DNA from: Actinomycetota bacterium
Lineage (GTDB): Bacteria; Actinomycetota; Thermoleophilia; Gaiellales; Gaiellaceae
Reading direction: 5' to 3'
Assembly: GCA_046732275.1 (NCBI GenBank)
Contig: JBKPMS010000006.1
Coordinates: 1 to 58,365, forward strand
DNA length: 58,365 nucleotides
Part shown: piece by piece, positions 27,263 through 36,913 of the stretch
Numbering within the stretch: position 1 is the stretch's first letter
How the letters are laid out: every line of letters begins with the position of its first letter
Notes under the pieces: generated by a model
What the model saw: the letters and a program-made list of their open reading frames with translations, nothing else
Databases searched by the model: none
What the model was told of the DNA's origin: nothing
Program-made: the position numbers and the translations under genes

Positions 27263-28002
27263 GCGCGCCGCTGCTCGAGGTGGCCGGCGTAGAGGCAGGG
27301 TATGACGAGGCGCTCGTCCTCCGCGGAGTGTCGCTCGACGTTGTCGAAGGCGAAGTCGTCGCCGTCATCGGCCCGAACGGCGCCGGCAAGTCGACGCTGC
27401 TCAAGGTGATCTACGGGCTCCTTCCTCCCCGGGCGGGGTCGATTCGCTACGTCGAGGACGACGTCACGGGCCTGCCGCCGGAGCGGCTCACCCGGCTCGG
27501 GCTGAACTACGTCCCGCAACTCGGGAACGTCTTTCCGACCCTCTCGATCGCCGAGAACCTGCAGGTCGGCGCCGTGTCGCTGCCGCGGGCCGAACGGCGG
27601 CAGGCGGTCGGCGACCTGTATGAGCACTTCCCGCTCCTCCGGGAACGCCGCCGTCAGCGCGCGGGAACGCTCTCGGGCGGGCAGCGCAAGCTGCTCGCGA
27701 TCGCACGTGCGCTCGTGACGCGGCCGCGAGGGCTTCTGCTCGACGAGCCGTCCGCGGGGCTGTCACCGCACGCCGTCGAGCTGGTCTTCGAGCAACTCAT
27801 GGCCGTCAGGCGGCGAGGCATCGCGATCGTGATGGTCGAGCAGAACGCGCGCCGCGCGCTCGAGCTCGCCGACCGCGGGTACGTGCTCGACATGGGGCGA
27901 AACGCGTACGAGGGGACGGGGCAGTCGCTGCTACACGACCCGAAGGTGGAAGAGCTCTATCTCGGCGGCCCGGCGAAAGCGGGAGCGGCGGCGACCTCGT
28001 GA
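27259..28002 (+). CDS. livF: Branched-chain amino acid ABC transporter ATP-binding protein
   Basis: 247 aa. GPNGAGKSTLL, LSGGQRKLLAIA and LLLDEPS motifs. A 4-nt overlap with livG. Confidence 0.9.
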   Translation: MSAPLLEVAGVEAGYDEALVLRGVSLDVVEGEVVAVIGPNGAGKSTLLKVIYGLLPPRAGSIRYVEDDVTGLPPERLTRLGLNYVPQLGNVFPTLSIAENLQVGAVSLPRAERRQAVGDLYEHFPLLRERRRQRAGTLSGGQRKLLAIARALVTRPRGLLLDEPSAGLSPHAVELVFEQLMAVRRRGIAIVMVEQNARRALELADRGYVLDMGRNAYEGTGQSLLHDPKVEELYLGGPAKAGAAATS

Positions 28003-28024
28003 GGAAGCCGCCGCCGTCCGCTTC

Positions 28025-29302
28025 TCAGGGCTTGAAGGTGATGACTCTCTGCGTCGAGATCGAGCCGTTCGAGTATCTCCAGATCTCGTAGACGGCCGAG
28101 CTCGGGTCGCCGTTCCGGTCCCAGTCGATCGGGCCCCAAGCGCCTTCGTAGTTGATGTCTTTGCCGGCGAGGAGGAGCCTGACCGCTTGGTCGAGGTTCT
28201 TGTACGTGACCTTCCTGCCCGGCGGCCCCGACACCGCACGGAGCTGCGTCTTGATCTTCGGACCTGCCGCCGAGCAGGCCTTGACGGAGGCGAGGAAGGC
28301 AAGGTTCGCCGCGTCGAACGCCGTGCCCTCGAAGCCGGTGTACGGCTTCGCACCTTTGACCACCCTTTTCCAGAGTTTGTCGAAGGCCGCGCGAGCGGGT
28401 GCGCCGACGGAGGTTGCGGCCGTCCCACGCAGGCCGTCCGCCGGGCCGCCGAGCCCCTTCAGCACGTCCGCGTTCCGGAGCGCCTCCGTCATCAACGTTC
28501 GGGACGCCTGCCATTTCCCGGTCCGCACGAGAGACGGCGCGAACTTCGCGAATGTCTCCGGGAAGTCGATGATCACGTACCCGGCCGGATTGCCGGACAC
28601 GAGCCGGCCGGCTTCCGTGTCGTAGTTCGCCTGATCCGGGTTCCAGCGGAGTGTCTGGCCGACTTTCCCGCCGAGCTTCTTGTACTGCGCGACGAAAAGC
28701 TGCTCGAGCGCTGTTCCGAACGCGTCGTTGCGGGCGCCGACGTTGACGGTCTTCCCCTTGCCGAATGCTCCGATTGCGGCCGTCGCGAGCACCCGTCCCT
28801 GGAGGTAGTCGGACGGGTAGACGCGCCAGAGGTAGCCCCTGTCCTTGATCCCGGTGATCTGCGGAGCGCTCGAAGTCGGGCTGATGTTGACGACGCGGTT
28901 CGGGATCGCGACGGACTGCGCCATCGGGATCGTGGCGCTCGACGCCATCTCGCCGATGATCACGCTGACGTGGTTGGCCTTGACGAGCTTCGTCGCCGCC
29001 TCGACGGAGGCAGCGGCCTGCGTCTGCCCGTCCTCGGATGCGACGAGCTTCACCGACATCTTCGTCTTCAATCGTTTGAGGGTTGCGTTGTCCATGCTGA
29101 CGGCAAGCTTGACGGCGCGGTCGAGATTCGCGCCGTAGGCGGCGAGCCCGCCGGTAAACGGGAGGACGTCGCCGATTCGAAGCTGGAACGAGCAGCTGCG
29201 CTGCGCTCCGGCGGTCGACGCGGTCCCTCCAGCCACGCTCGCCAGGAATGCCGCGACGGCGATCACTCCGAGCCCCGCCACAACCTTCGTCCGGTTCCCC
29301 AC
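28025..29302 (-). CDS. Periplasmic-binding-protein type I (LivJ/K-like) ABC substrate-binding protein
   Basis: A GTG at 29302 is preceded by GGAGGGAG. The signal/anchor is VVAGLGVIAVAAFLASVAGG. It converges on livF with a 22-bp gap. Confidence 0.85.
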   Translation of the reverse strand: MGNRTKVVAGLGVIAVAAFLASVAGGTASTAGAQRSCSFQLRIGDVLPFTGGLAAYGANLDRAVKLAVSMDNATLKRLKTKMSVKLVASEDGQTQAAASVEAATKLVKANHVSVIIGEMASSATIPMAQSVAIPNRVVNISPTSSAPQITGIKDRGYLWRVYPSDYLQGRVLATAAIGAFGKGKTVNVGARNDAFGTALEQLFVAQYKKLGGKVGQTLRWNPDQANYDTEAGRLVSGNPAGYVIIDFPETFAKFAPSLVRTGKWQASRTLMTEALRNADVLKGLGGPADGLRGTAATSVGAPARAAFDKLWKRVVKGAKPYTGFEGTAFDAANLAFLASVKACSAAGPKIKTQLRAVSGPPGRKVTYKNLDQAVRLLLAGKDINYEGAWGPIDWDRNGDPSSAVYEIWRYSNGSISTQRVITFKP

Positions 29303-29430
29303 GACTCCCTCCTTCCTCGGTCGACGCGTAGGCACGCGCCACGCGATCATCCGCCGATAGAGGCGGCGATGCAAGGCAACGCCGCGTCGGCTCCTCTTGA
29401 CCCCGCTGACCGTCGCGCTACTCTCACGGT

Positions 29431-30183
29431 GTGGTCCGGCTCCGCTCTCGCAGGCGGCTCGCCGGTGTCGCATTTGCGCTTGCGGCCGCAGTGCTCGCAC
29501 TGGCGGCTACAGCATGGGCGCTGCAAGGCACCTCGCAGCGCGGCCGCGTCATCAAGGGAACGAACGGCGCCGACACGCTGACCGGCACACGCCGCAATGA
29601 CATCCTCGAAGGTCTCGGCGGCGCCGACCGCCTGCGCGGGCGCGGCGGCCAGGACCGCCTGTACGCCGGCGGCGGCAACGACCAGCTGTGGGGTGGACGA
29701 GGTGCCGACAAGCTGAGCGGTGGGCCGGGCCGGGACGTCATCCGCTGCGGATCCGGGAAAGACCTCGTCTACGCGGACGGTGCGGACCAGGTTGCGAAGG
29801 ACTGTGAGATCGTGCACGGCCGCCCGTTGCAAACGCCGCCGAGCGGCCTTGCCGCTCCGGGTGTATACCGAGGCGGCAACGTCAGCTTTCGGGTGCAGCC
29901 GGACGGGCGGACGATCACGAATCTGAGGGTGGACTTTTCCGGGACCTGTCCCCCGAGCGGCGCGAGCTCAAAGATCTCAATCGCTGACACCGGCCCGTGG
30001 TCCATACAGCCGGATCACACCTTCGCGATCGACGAGAGCGGCACGTCCTCGCACCTCAAGCTGAACGGAGGCTTCAGCGGCGAGGCCGCGTCGGGGAGCT
30101 TCCAACTGCAGACCACGGACGACGCCGGCGCCACGAAGTGCGATACGGGGTCCCGAGGCTGGAGCGCGAAGCTGCAGAAGTAG
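29431..30183 (+). CDS. Secreted protein with hemolysin-type calcium-binding repeats plus an unknown C-terminal domain
   Basis: 250 aa with a signal peptide ...LALAATAWA. The repeats read GTNGADTLTGTRRNDILEGLGGADRLRGRGGQDRLYAGGGNDQLWGGRGADKLSGGPGRDVI. Confidence 0.7.
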   Translation: MVRLRSRRRLAGVAFALAAAVLALAATAWALQGTSQRGRVIKGTNGADTLTGTRRNDILEGLGGADRLRGRGGQDRLYAGGGNDQLWGGRGADKLSGGPGRDVIRCGSGKDLVYADGADQVAKDCEIVHGRPLQTPPSGLAAPGVYRGGNVSFRVQPDGRTITNLRVDFSGTCPPSGASSKISIADTGPWSIQPDHTFAIDESGTSSHLKLNGGFSGEAASGSFQLQTTDDAGATKCDTGSRGWSAKLQK

Positions 30184-30230
30184 CCGGCTAGAGGCAGGAG
30201 CTCGGCCGTTCCGGTCATATAGTCCCTTCG

Positions 30231-31433
30231 ATGGCAGTCGCGCGCGAGACCCCAGTCTGGGAAAGCCTCTTCGCGGCCCGCACCCGCGGCGACGTGGGAG
30301 AAGGGATCGCAGAGATCCTCGGCTTGCTCGGCGTTCCCGATCTGATCTCCTTCGCGGGCGGGTTCCCGGACCCGCTGACGTTCCCGCGGGACCGCGCCGC
30401 CGCCCTGCTCCAGGAGTTCGCCGCGACGGGCGAGGCGGCCGCGTTTCAGTACGCGCCGACCCGTGGGCTCGCGGGGCCGCTCGACGCTCTCGCCCACAGG
30501 CTCGAGGTGGTCGAGGGCCGCCGCCCGGCCGACGACGAGCTCCTGGTCACGAGCGGTGCGATCGAGGCGCTCGAGCTCGTCGGCAAGTCGTTCCTCGACC
30601 GGGGCGACGTCGTCGTCGTCGAGGGGCCGACCTACCTCGGCGCCATCATGGCCTTTCGCAGCTTCGAGTCGGAGATCGTCGCCGTCCCGATGGACGACGC
30701 TGGGCTCGAGGTCGACGAGCTGGAACGTCGCCTCGCCGGCGGGCTCCGCCCGAAGCTCCTCTACACGATCCCGGACCACCAGAACCCGGCCGGTGTCAGC
30801 CTGTCGAGCGAACGGCGCGAGCTCCTCGTCGAGCTTGCCCGCCGGTACGGGTTCCTCATTGTCGAGGACGTCGCCTACCGCGAGCTCGGTTTTGCCGGGG
30901 ACGCCCCGCCGACTTTGTGGAGCCTTGCCCCGGACGTCGCCGTTCAGGCGGGGACGACGTCCAAGACGTTCTTCCCCGGCGTCCGGCTCGGCTGGGCCGT
31001 CGGGCCGGCCGACGTTGCTGCGCAGCTCGTCTCCGCGAAGCAGAACACGGACCAGTGCGCGGGAGCGCTCGGGCAGCGGCTGTTCGAGGAGTACGTCCGT
31101 CGCGGGTGGATCGACGAGCAACTCACGGAGTCGCGTGCGCTGTACCGGCGCAAGGCCGAGCGCATGCTCGTGGCGCTCGAGCGCTTCATGCCCGCCGCGG
31201 TGCACTGGACGGTGCCGCGCGGCGGGTTCTTCTCGTGGTTGACGCTGCCGGCCGGCGCCGAAGGGACGGACCTAGCGGCACGCGCCGTCGAACGCGGTGT
31301 TGCCGTCGTTCCCGGCACGCTCTTCTTCCCGGACGGGCGCGGCGGTGAGAACGTGCGCCTGTCGTTCAGCCTCGTCGACGAAGCGGTGATCGACGACGGC
31401 ATCGAGCGGCTCGCGTCACTGATGAGCGCGTAG
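30231..31433 (+). CDS. Class I/II PLP-dependent aminotransferase (2-aminoadipate/MocR-catalytic-domain-like, no HTH)
   Basis: 400 aa. The PLP-lysine context is GTTSKTFFPGVRLGW, with a typical YAPTRGL N-terminal motif. Confidence 0.85.
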   Translation: MAVARETPVWESLFAARTRGDVGEGIAEILGLLGVPDLISFAGGFPDPLTFPRDRAAALLQEFAATGEAAAFQYAPTRGLAGPLDALAHRLEVVEGRRPADDELLVTSGAIEALELVGKSFLDRGDVVVVEGPTYLGAIMAFRSFESEIVAVPMDDAGLEVDELERRLAGGLRPKLLYTIPDHQNPAGVSLSSERRELLVELARRYGFLIVEDVAYRELGFAGDAPPTLWSLAPDVAVQAGTTSKTFFPGVRLGWAVGPADVAAQLVSAKQNTDQCAGALGQRLFEEYVRRGWIDEQLTESRALYRRKAERMLVALERFMPAAVHWTVPRGGFFSWLTLPAGAEGTDLAARAVERGVAVVPGTLFFPDGRGGENVRLSFSLVDEAVIDDGIERLASLMSA

Positions 31434-31448
31434 CGATCCCCGGGTCAC

Positions 31449-31901
31449 CTACGGGAGCAGGTCACTCAGGCTGAAGCCGCCCTGCACGAGCTTGTCGATC
31501 GGCGCGCTGCGGATGATCCGGCGCGCGATCGGCGCCACGAAGCCGGGGATGTCGCCGCGACGCTCGGCCTCGTCCACGGCACGCAGCAGCCCCGCCCGGA
31601 CGGCGACCTCTGTTGTGTGTTTGTCGAAGTGGACGCTGCCGCCGCTCGATCGTAGGGACAGAATGAGCCCTTCGCGCGTGGTGTGGAGGCGGCAGGCGGC
31701 GCCGTCGAGGCCGTTGAGGACGATGCGTTGAATCGCAGCGTCGATCCCGCCGCCGGGGAACGGCGTGCGCGGCTTGCACGGGTTCGCGACCGTCGGTCCG
31801 GTGTCGATTGCTCCCATGGAGAGCTCGACCGCGACGAGTATCACCGCAGCCGCGAGTAGAGCGACGAGGACTCGGGTTGCTCCGGTGAGACGCGCTGTCA
31901 C
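31449..31901 (-). CDS. Hypothetical membrane-anchored protein (150 aa)
   Basis: Only the C-terminal 150 codons of the 822-aa track ORF look protein-like (one TM, VLVALLAAAVILVAV, then a balanced soluble domain). A GTG at 31901 overlaps the MFS stop (GTGA). Confidence 0.5.
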   Translation of the reverse strand: MTARLTGATRVLVALLAAAVILVAVELSMGAIDTGPTVANPCKPRTPFPGGGIDAAIQRIVLNGLDGAACRLHTTREGLILSLRSSGGSVHFDKHTTEVAVRAGLLRAVDEAERRGDIPGFVAPIARRIIRSAPIDKLVQGGFSLSDLLP

Positions 31902-33217
31902 GGCACGACTCCACGACGGCGGAAGATCCACGCGACCAAGAGTGCAGCGGCTGCAAGCGCCGCCGAGAGGAAGAAGGCGGGCCGGAACGCTCGCGTGATC
32001 GTGTCCTTGATCGCGCCGACGAGCTGATCGCGCACCGCCGCAAGCTCGGAATCGTCCTTGGCGCCGTGCTTGTCGAACGGGCGATTGAGGTCCGGGATCT
32101 CGCCCGACTTCGCACGTCCGAACTCGGCTCGCGCATCGAGCGCGACGGGCACCTTCGTGGTCAGGCCGATCGGCGCGTCGAGCAGGACCGCGGTTGCTTT
32201 CAGCTCGGCCCGATGGCCGGCCGGCGGCAACCCCGAAGCGAGGAGCGGGGCGATCAACGCCACGGCGAGCACGAGGCCGAGGTGGCGTATGCCGATCGTG
32301 AGCGTCCCGCTTCGGGACAGGCCCGCGCCGAGGTCGAGCGCGGCCCGTGACAACAAGGGGATCGACAGACCCAGCCCAACGCCGCAGAACACGAGCGCGA
32401 CGACGGCAAAGCCAACGCTTGCCGAGGGCAGGAGCGCGAGCGCGACGAGGCCGACGGCGAGGAGCGCCGCACCGCCGGTCACCGCAGCGACGCGCGGGAG
32501 GCGGCGCTCCAGCGGGCGCGCGGCCAGCGTGGCGGCAGGGAGGACGCTGACGATGGCGGCGCCGCCGATCGGCGAGTACCCCCAGACCGTGATCACGAGC
32601 AGAACGGACAGAAAGAGCACGCCGACGAGCGCGCCGAAGAGCAGGCCGATGCACGTGTTCGCCGGCACCGTCCTGAGGAGTGACGGCCGCCAACCTTCCT
32701 CGAGCGCGGGCGCTGCGCGGGCGGCGAGGACGGCGAACAAGCCGAGCGCCGCGAGCGGCGCTTGCACTGCGAAGATCGCCCGCCATCCGAACGCTTCCGT
32801 GACGGCGCCGCCGAGGGCGGGGCCGAGGGCCGCGCCGAATGTTCCCGCAAGTGTCCACACAGTCGCGCCGCGCGTGACGGAGCCGGTCAGCACCGTCAGA
32901 ACCGGCAACGCTCCGGCCAGCAGCAGTGCGGCGCCGACGCCCTGCACGCATCGAGCGGTGACGAGGAACGCCAGGCTTCCCGCGGCCGCGCATCCGACCG
33001 AGGCCGCCGTGAAGGTGACCAGCCCGGCGGCGAGGACGACGACGGCACGGAGGCGGTGGACGAACAGCACGAGCGCCAGCGCTGCCGCCGCGACGGCCGC
33101 GTTGTAGCCGGTGATCACCCAGGAGACGCCCTCGATGGTCGTGTCGAACCTCGTGTACAGCTCGGGGAGGGCGAGGACGACGATGGAGGAGTCCGCGAAG
33201 GCGATCGCGACCGCCAC
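31898..33217 (-). CDS. MFS transporter (DHA-type, about 12-14 TM)
   Basis: 439 aa, hydrophobic throughout, with an N-terminal MAVAIAFADSSIVVLALPELY typical of drug:H+ antiporter-type MFS proteins. Confidence 0.85.
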   Translation of the reverse strand: MAVAIAFADSSIVVLALPELYTRFDTTIEGVSWVITGYNAAVAAAALALVLFVHRLRAVVVLAAGLVTFTAASVGCAAAGSLAFLVTARCVQGVGAALLLAGALPVLTVLTGSVTRGATVWTLAGTFGAALGPALGGAVTEAFGWRAIFAVQAPLAALGLFAVLAARAAPALEEGWRPSLLRTVPANTCIGLLFGALVGVLFLSVLLVITVWGYSPIGGAAIVSVLPAATLAARPLERRLPRVAAVTGGAALLAVGLVALALLPSASVGFAVVALVFCGVGLGLSIPLLSRAALDLGAGLSRSGTLTIGIRHLGLVLAVALIAPLLASGLPPAGHRAELKATAVLLDAPIGLTTKVPVALDARAEFGRAKSGEIPDLNRPFDKHGAKDDSELAAVRDQLVGAIKDTITRAFRPAFFLSAALAAAALLVAWIFRRRGVVP

Positions 33218-33301
33218 CGCGACGAGCCCGACGAGGAGGGACGAGCCGGCCGCCCCTACGTGGAGCGTGTCGGAGGTCGGATGCGCTTGTGTGGCTACGT
33301 C

Positions 33302-34270
33302 CTACTCCGGCGTCGATTGCCGGCGGCGCCGGATTGCGTCGCGTAGGCGGTTGGCGGGCGTCCGCGGGTGGAGCTCCGCGCACAGGACGGCCGAGGCGCC
33401 CGGGCCACGCTCGCCGTAGCGGATGCCGACCGCCGCGGCTGGAGGCGCTGAGCGCCACCCCGCGGTGGTGAGCTCGTAGAGCTCCTCTTCGAACACGAGG
33501 AAGCCTGCGTTCCGGAAGCGTGCGCGCCAGCCGTCTGGCTCGTCCTGCACGAACCAGCCGTAGTCGCCGGGCTCCCCGCACGGCACCGTCAGGAGGACGC
33601 GGCCGCCGACGCGCCGGAGCTCCTTCAGCGCGTCGTCGATTCCGCCGGACGCGAGACCTCGGCCATAGCGATCCTCGTCGGCGCCGACGTGCTCGAGCGT
33701 CGAGATGCAGAGCACGACGTCGAACGAGCTCCGCTCGAACGGCAGCGAGCGAATGTCCGCTCGCACCCGCTTCACGCCGGGAACAGCGGCTTCGGCGACG
33801 TCGACAGCTACGACTTCCGGCGCGCCGAGGTTGACGAGGGCCGTGAGATACGCGGGCTTCGCGAACGCGTAACCGACGTCGAGCAGACGCGGCTCGCCGC
33901 GATAACGGGAGAGGCACCAGGAGATCTCGATCGCGCGCTCGTCGGTGTTCGACGGCGCCTCGAGCTCGCGCGGCCGTTCACCGTTCGCGCGCGCCCAGGC
34001 GGCGAAGGCGACGGCGTCGTCGAGAATGCGGACGGCGTCGAACTCCTCGCTCGCGACGACGTCGCGGATCAACGAGGCGCGTGACAGAGTGCCCGCTGCG
34101 AGCTTCGTGACCGCATGCTGCAACGCGTCCGGCTCCGGCTCCCGACGGAGGCAGAGCCGATAGAGCCTGCGGACGAGCTCCTCGTCCGGGACTGCGGCGA
34201 GCTCGAGCTCGGCCGCGAGAGACGGCTCCACTCCCGCCTCCAGCGCGGGCACGGCCGGTCCGTCAGGCAT
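33302..34270 (-). CDS. DUF4214-like domain fused to a class I SAM-dependent methyltransferase
   Basis: From the ATG at 34270. LVRRLYRLCLRREPEPDALQHAVTKLAAGTLSRASLIRDVVASEEF is DUF4214-like. The methyltransferase core is LLDVGYAF...VVLCISTLEHV. Confidence 0.7.
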   Translation of the reverse strand: MPDGPAVPALEAGVEPSLAAELELAAVPDEELVRRLYRLCLRREPEPDALQHAVTKLAAGTLSRASLIRDVVASEEFDAVRILDDAVAFAAWARANGERPRELEAPSNTDERAIEISWCLSRYRGEPRLLDVGYAFAKPAYLTALVNLGAPEVVAVDVAEAAVPGVKRVRADIRSLPFERSSFDVVLCISTLEHVGADEDRYGRGLASGGIDDALKELRRVGGRVLLTVPCGEPGDYGWFVQDEPDGWRARFRNAGFLVFEEELYELTTAGWRSAPPAAAVGIRYGERGPGASAVLCAELHPRTPANRLRDAIRRRRQSTPE

Positions 34271-34370
34271 GCCGGGAAACGTAGCCGCCGCACGGCGCCG
34301 GCCCGCCCGCGTGACGAACTGCCACGCGCTCAAAGCCGACGCAGATGCGACACGCCGACGGCACAAGAGC

Positions 34371-34440
34371 CATGTCCCAGGGACAGTCCCCGGGGACATG
34401 ACTCGGGGACAGTCCCTCGGACGTGGCTCGAGGACGGTCC
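34371..34440. promoter_or_regulatory. Cluster of nested GGGAC/GTCCC palindromes in a 320-bp divergent intergenic region
   Basis: CATGTCCC (34371-78) is inverted to GGGACATG (34393-400). GGGACAGTCCC occurs at 34380-90 and 34406-16. GTCCCCGGGGAC (34386-97) is a perfect 12-mer palindrome. GGACGGTCC lies at 34432-40. Confidence 0.4.
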
Positions 34441-34590
34441 CCCGACACGGCGGTGCGGAACCTGCCCGTTTCGGCCACGCCCAGCGGGCCTCGCGATGCC
34501 GCGCCGCGCGATGCCTCTCCGCCCGATGAGTTGGGGTCGACGGGGCGGTCCTACTTAAGCTGGCAACGCCTACGAGACTGGAGGATCGCT

Positions 34591-35187
34591 GTGAGAAAGC
34601 TCGTCGTAACCGAGTTCATCACCGTCGACGGAGTGATCGAGGACCCCGGGGGCTCCGAGGGAACCGAGCGCGGCGGGTGGGCATTCGAGTTCAACCGCGG
34701 CGACGACGGGGACAAGTTCAAGCTGGACGAGACCCTCGAAGCCGAAGCGCAGCTCCTGGGACGTGTGACCTACGACGGGTTCGCCGCGGCGTGGCCGTCA
34801 CGGTCCGGGGAGTTCGCCGACAAGATGAACAAGAGCCCGAAGTACGTCGTCTCGAGCACGCTCGAGGAGCCGCCCTGGGAGAACACGACCGTGATCAACG
34901 GGAATGTCGCCGAGGAAGTGGCCAAGCTGAAGCAGCAGCCGGGCGGGACGATCCTGGTCCACGGCAGCCCTCAGCTCGTGCGGACGCTGTTCGACCAGGG
35001 CCTGGTGGACGAGCTTCGCCTGATGGTCTTCCCCGTCGTGCTCGGGAAGGGGAAGCGCCTGTTCGACGACGGGCTCGGCAAGAGCGCGCTGCAGCTCGTC
35101 GACTCGAAGCCGGTCGGCCCCGACGGCGTGGTCATCCTCGTCTACCGCCCGGCCGTCGAGCCCGCCGCGACCGAGGCAGCAGCCTGA
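34591..35187 (+). CDS. Dihydrofolate-reductase-like (RibD C-terminal domain) family protein
   Basis: A GTG at 34591 follows GGAGGA. VRKLVVTEFITVDGVIEDPGG...ILVHGSPQLVRTL is typical of this family. Confidence 0.8.
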   Translation: MRKLVVTEFITVDGVIEDPGGSEGTERGGWAFEFNRGDDGDKFKLDETLEAEAQLLGRVTYDGFAAAWPSRSGEFADKMNKSPKYVVSSTLEEPPWENTTVINGNVAEEVAKLKQQPGGTILVHGSPQLVRTLFDQGLVDELRLMVFPVVLGKGKRLFDDGLGKSALQLVDSKPVGPDGVVILVYRPAVEPAATEAAA

Positions 35188-35204
35188 AATTCGACCGGAA
35201 GACA

Positions 35205-35234
35205 CACGAGGCGCCGGGAGAGTGGCGCCTCGTG
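35205..35234. terminator. Bidirectional hairpin between convergent genes
   Basis: CACGAGGCGCC-gggagagt-GGCGCCTCGTG has an 11-bp stem. A nearly identical hairpin recurs at 37078-37105. Confidence 0.55.
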
Positions 35235-35263
35235 CGTCCTTTTGCGCGGCCTGCGGTCCGCGG

Positions 35264-36913
35264 CTAGCCCTTGCTCCAGTTTTCGGCGTTGAAGCTCGGG
35301 CCCTGGCTGGTCGGGTTGTCGACCATTCCCTTCACCGACGTCTTGAAGACGAAGTACGTCGGGCGCTGGAACAGCGGGATCACGGGGACGTCGCTGCCCA
35401 TGATCGCGCCCGCACGGTTCACGAGTGCGAGCCGCTTCGCCGGGTTCAGCTCGCGGTCGGACCGTTGGAGCAGCTGGCTCACCGTCCGATTGCAGTACTC
35501 GAAGTAGTTACTCGGGCTCCCGCACGCGAACGTGCTCACGACGTAGTGCGGGTCGGTCGTGACGATCTGAGTGAACATGGCCAGATCGAAGTCGTGGGCC
35601 GGCAGCTTGCTGCCGAACAGCGTGCCGGCGGGAACGAAGCCGTTCCTGAGCTCGATGCCCGCCTTTTGCGCCTGATCCTGGAAGATCGTGAACGCAAGCC
35701 CACGCAGTGCGTTGCCCGTGGTCGACGCGAAGTCGAACGACACCTTGGTGCCGCCACAGCGGTAGATGCCGTCGCCGCCCTTCGAGCAGTTGTGGGCGTT
35801 CATCATCGACGCGACCTTGGCCGGGCTGTAGTTCCACTTGTTGAAGTGCTTCGGGTTGTACGTCGCCTCGTTCGTCAACCGCGAGACGCTGTTCAGCACT
35901 CCGACCTTCGGGTTGAGCGTCCCGTAGAGGGCACGGGCTGCCGCGCCACGGTTCAACGACGTGATCAGGGCCTGGCGGAGCCATTTCTGCTTCGCCAGCG
36001 GGTTGCCCTTGGCGCCCTGCTGGATCTGGATGTGCTCCCACTGCAGGCCGAGGTGTGTGACCACGCGCAGCCCTGCCTGGCCGCGGAGATCCGCGAGTGC
36101 CAGCTGGGGCTGCGGGTAGATCGCGTCGACCTCGCCCGAGCGGATCGCCTGGATCTCGGAGTTCGTTTGCGTGATGAAGCGGAACACGATCGAGTCCAGC
36201 TTGGCGGGCTTCCCGTACCACCCGCGGCGGTTCTTCGTGAGCGTGACGCCGGAGCCGCGATCGAAGCGGGTGAGCAGGAACGGACCATTCGAGATGGGCG
36301 CGTTGCCCTTCTTCGGATTGCAGATGCAGTCGTTCCAGACCGTCAGCATGTCCGTGCCCTGCAGGGCGTGCCGCGGGAGGACGTAGTTGAAGAGACCGCG
36401 CCACGCGGCGAAGTTCCGCTTGAACGTGATCTTCACGACCTTGCCGTTGCCGGTCACGCTGCGGATGTCCTCCCAGCCGAGCGGGTCGATGTGCTCCTTG
36501 TACTTCGGATTCGTGGCGGTTTGCCAGGTGAATCGGAAGTCCTTGCCGGTGACCTGGACGCCGTCGCTCCAGCGCGCGTTCTTGCGGATCGTGTACGTCA
36601 GCCGCATCGGGCGTGTCTGCAGCTTGTAGCGCGAGATCAGGTCGGGCTTGTACTTGAAGTCAGGGGTGACGAGAAAGGCGCCGCGGATGACCGGCGTCTG
36701 GAACACGACGTTCCAGAACGCGTTGCAGTCCACGTCCAGGATCAGGTTGAGACACCAGTCCGGACCGCCGCCTTGCTCAGCACCGAAGACCAACGTGCCT
36801 GCCTTGCTTGCCGAGGCGCTCCCCGGCGCGTTCACTCTTGCCGAGCCGGTTGCGGCAATCGCGAGTGCCGCCAGGAGCGCGCCGGCGAGAAGCCAGAGCC
36901 TGCGTCGATGCAT
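35264..36913 (-). CDS. ABC transporter substrate-binding protein, family 5 (peptide/nickel/opine type), copy A
   Basis: 549 aa with a signal peptide MHRRRLWLLAGALLAALAIAATGSA. It has an SBP_bac_5-like body and 8 conserved Cys. No permease gene is adjacent. Confidence 0.9.
   Translation of the reverse strand: MHRRRLWLLAGALLAALAIAATGSARVNAPGSASASKAGTLVFGAEQGGGPDWCLNLILDVDCNAFWNVVFQTPVIRGAFLVTPDFKYKPDLISRYKLQTRPMRLTYTIRKNARWSDGVQVTGKDFRFTWQTATNPKYKEHIDPLGWEDIRSVTGNGKVVKITFKRNFAAWRGLFNYVLPRHALQGTDMLTVWNDCICNPKKGNAPISNGPFLLTRFDRGSGVTLTKNRRGWYGKPAKLDSIVFRFITQTNSEIQAIRSGEVDAIYPQPQLALADLRGQAGLRVVTHLGLQWEHIQIQQGAKGNPLAKQKWLRQALITSLNRGAAARALYGTLNPKVGVLNSVSRLTNEATYNPKHFNKWNYSPAKVASMMNAHNCSKGGDGIYRCGGTKVSFDFASTTGNALRGLAFTIFQDQAQKAGIELRNGFVPAGTLFGSKLPAHDFDLAMFTQIVTTDPHYVVSTFACGSPSNYFEYCNRTVSQLLQRSDRELNPAKRLALVNRAGAIMGSDVPVIPLFQRPTYFVFKTSVKGMVDNPTSQGPSFNAENWSKG

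Noticed and set aside
31902-33917. N-terminal roughly 670 codons of the 822-aa ORF 31449-33917.
   Set aside because: This part is Arg-rich nonsense that overlaps the well-supported MFS (31898-33217) and methyltransferase (33302-34270) genes in another frame. Only the last 150 codons were kept.
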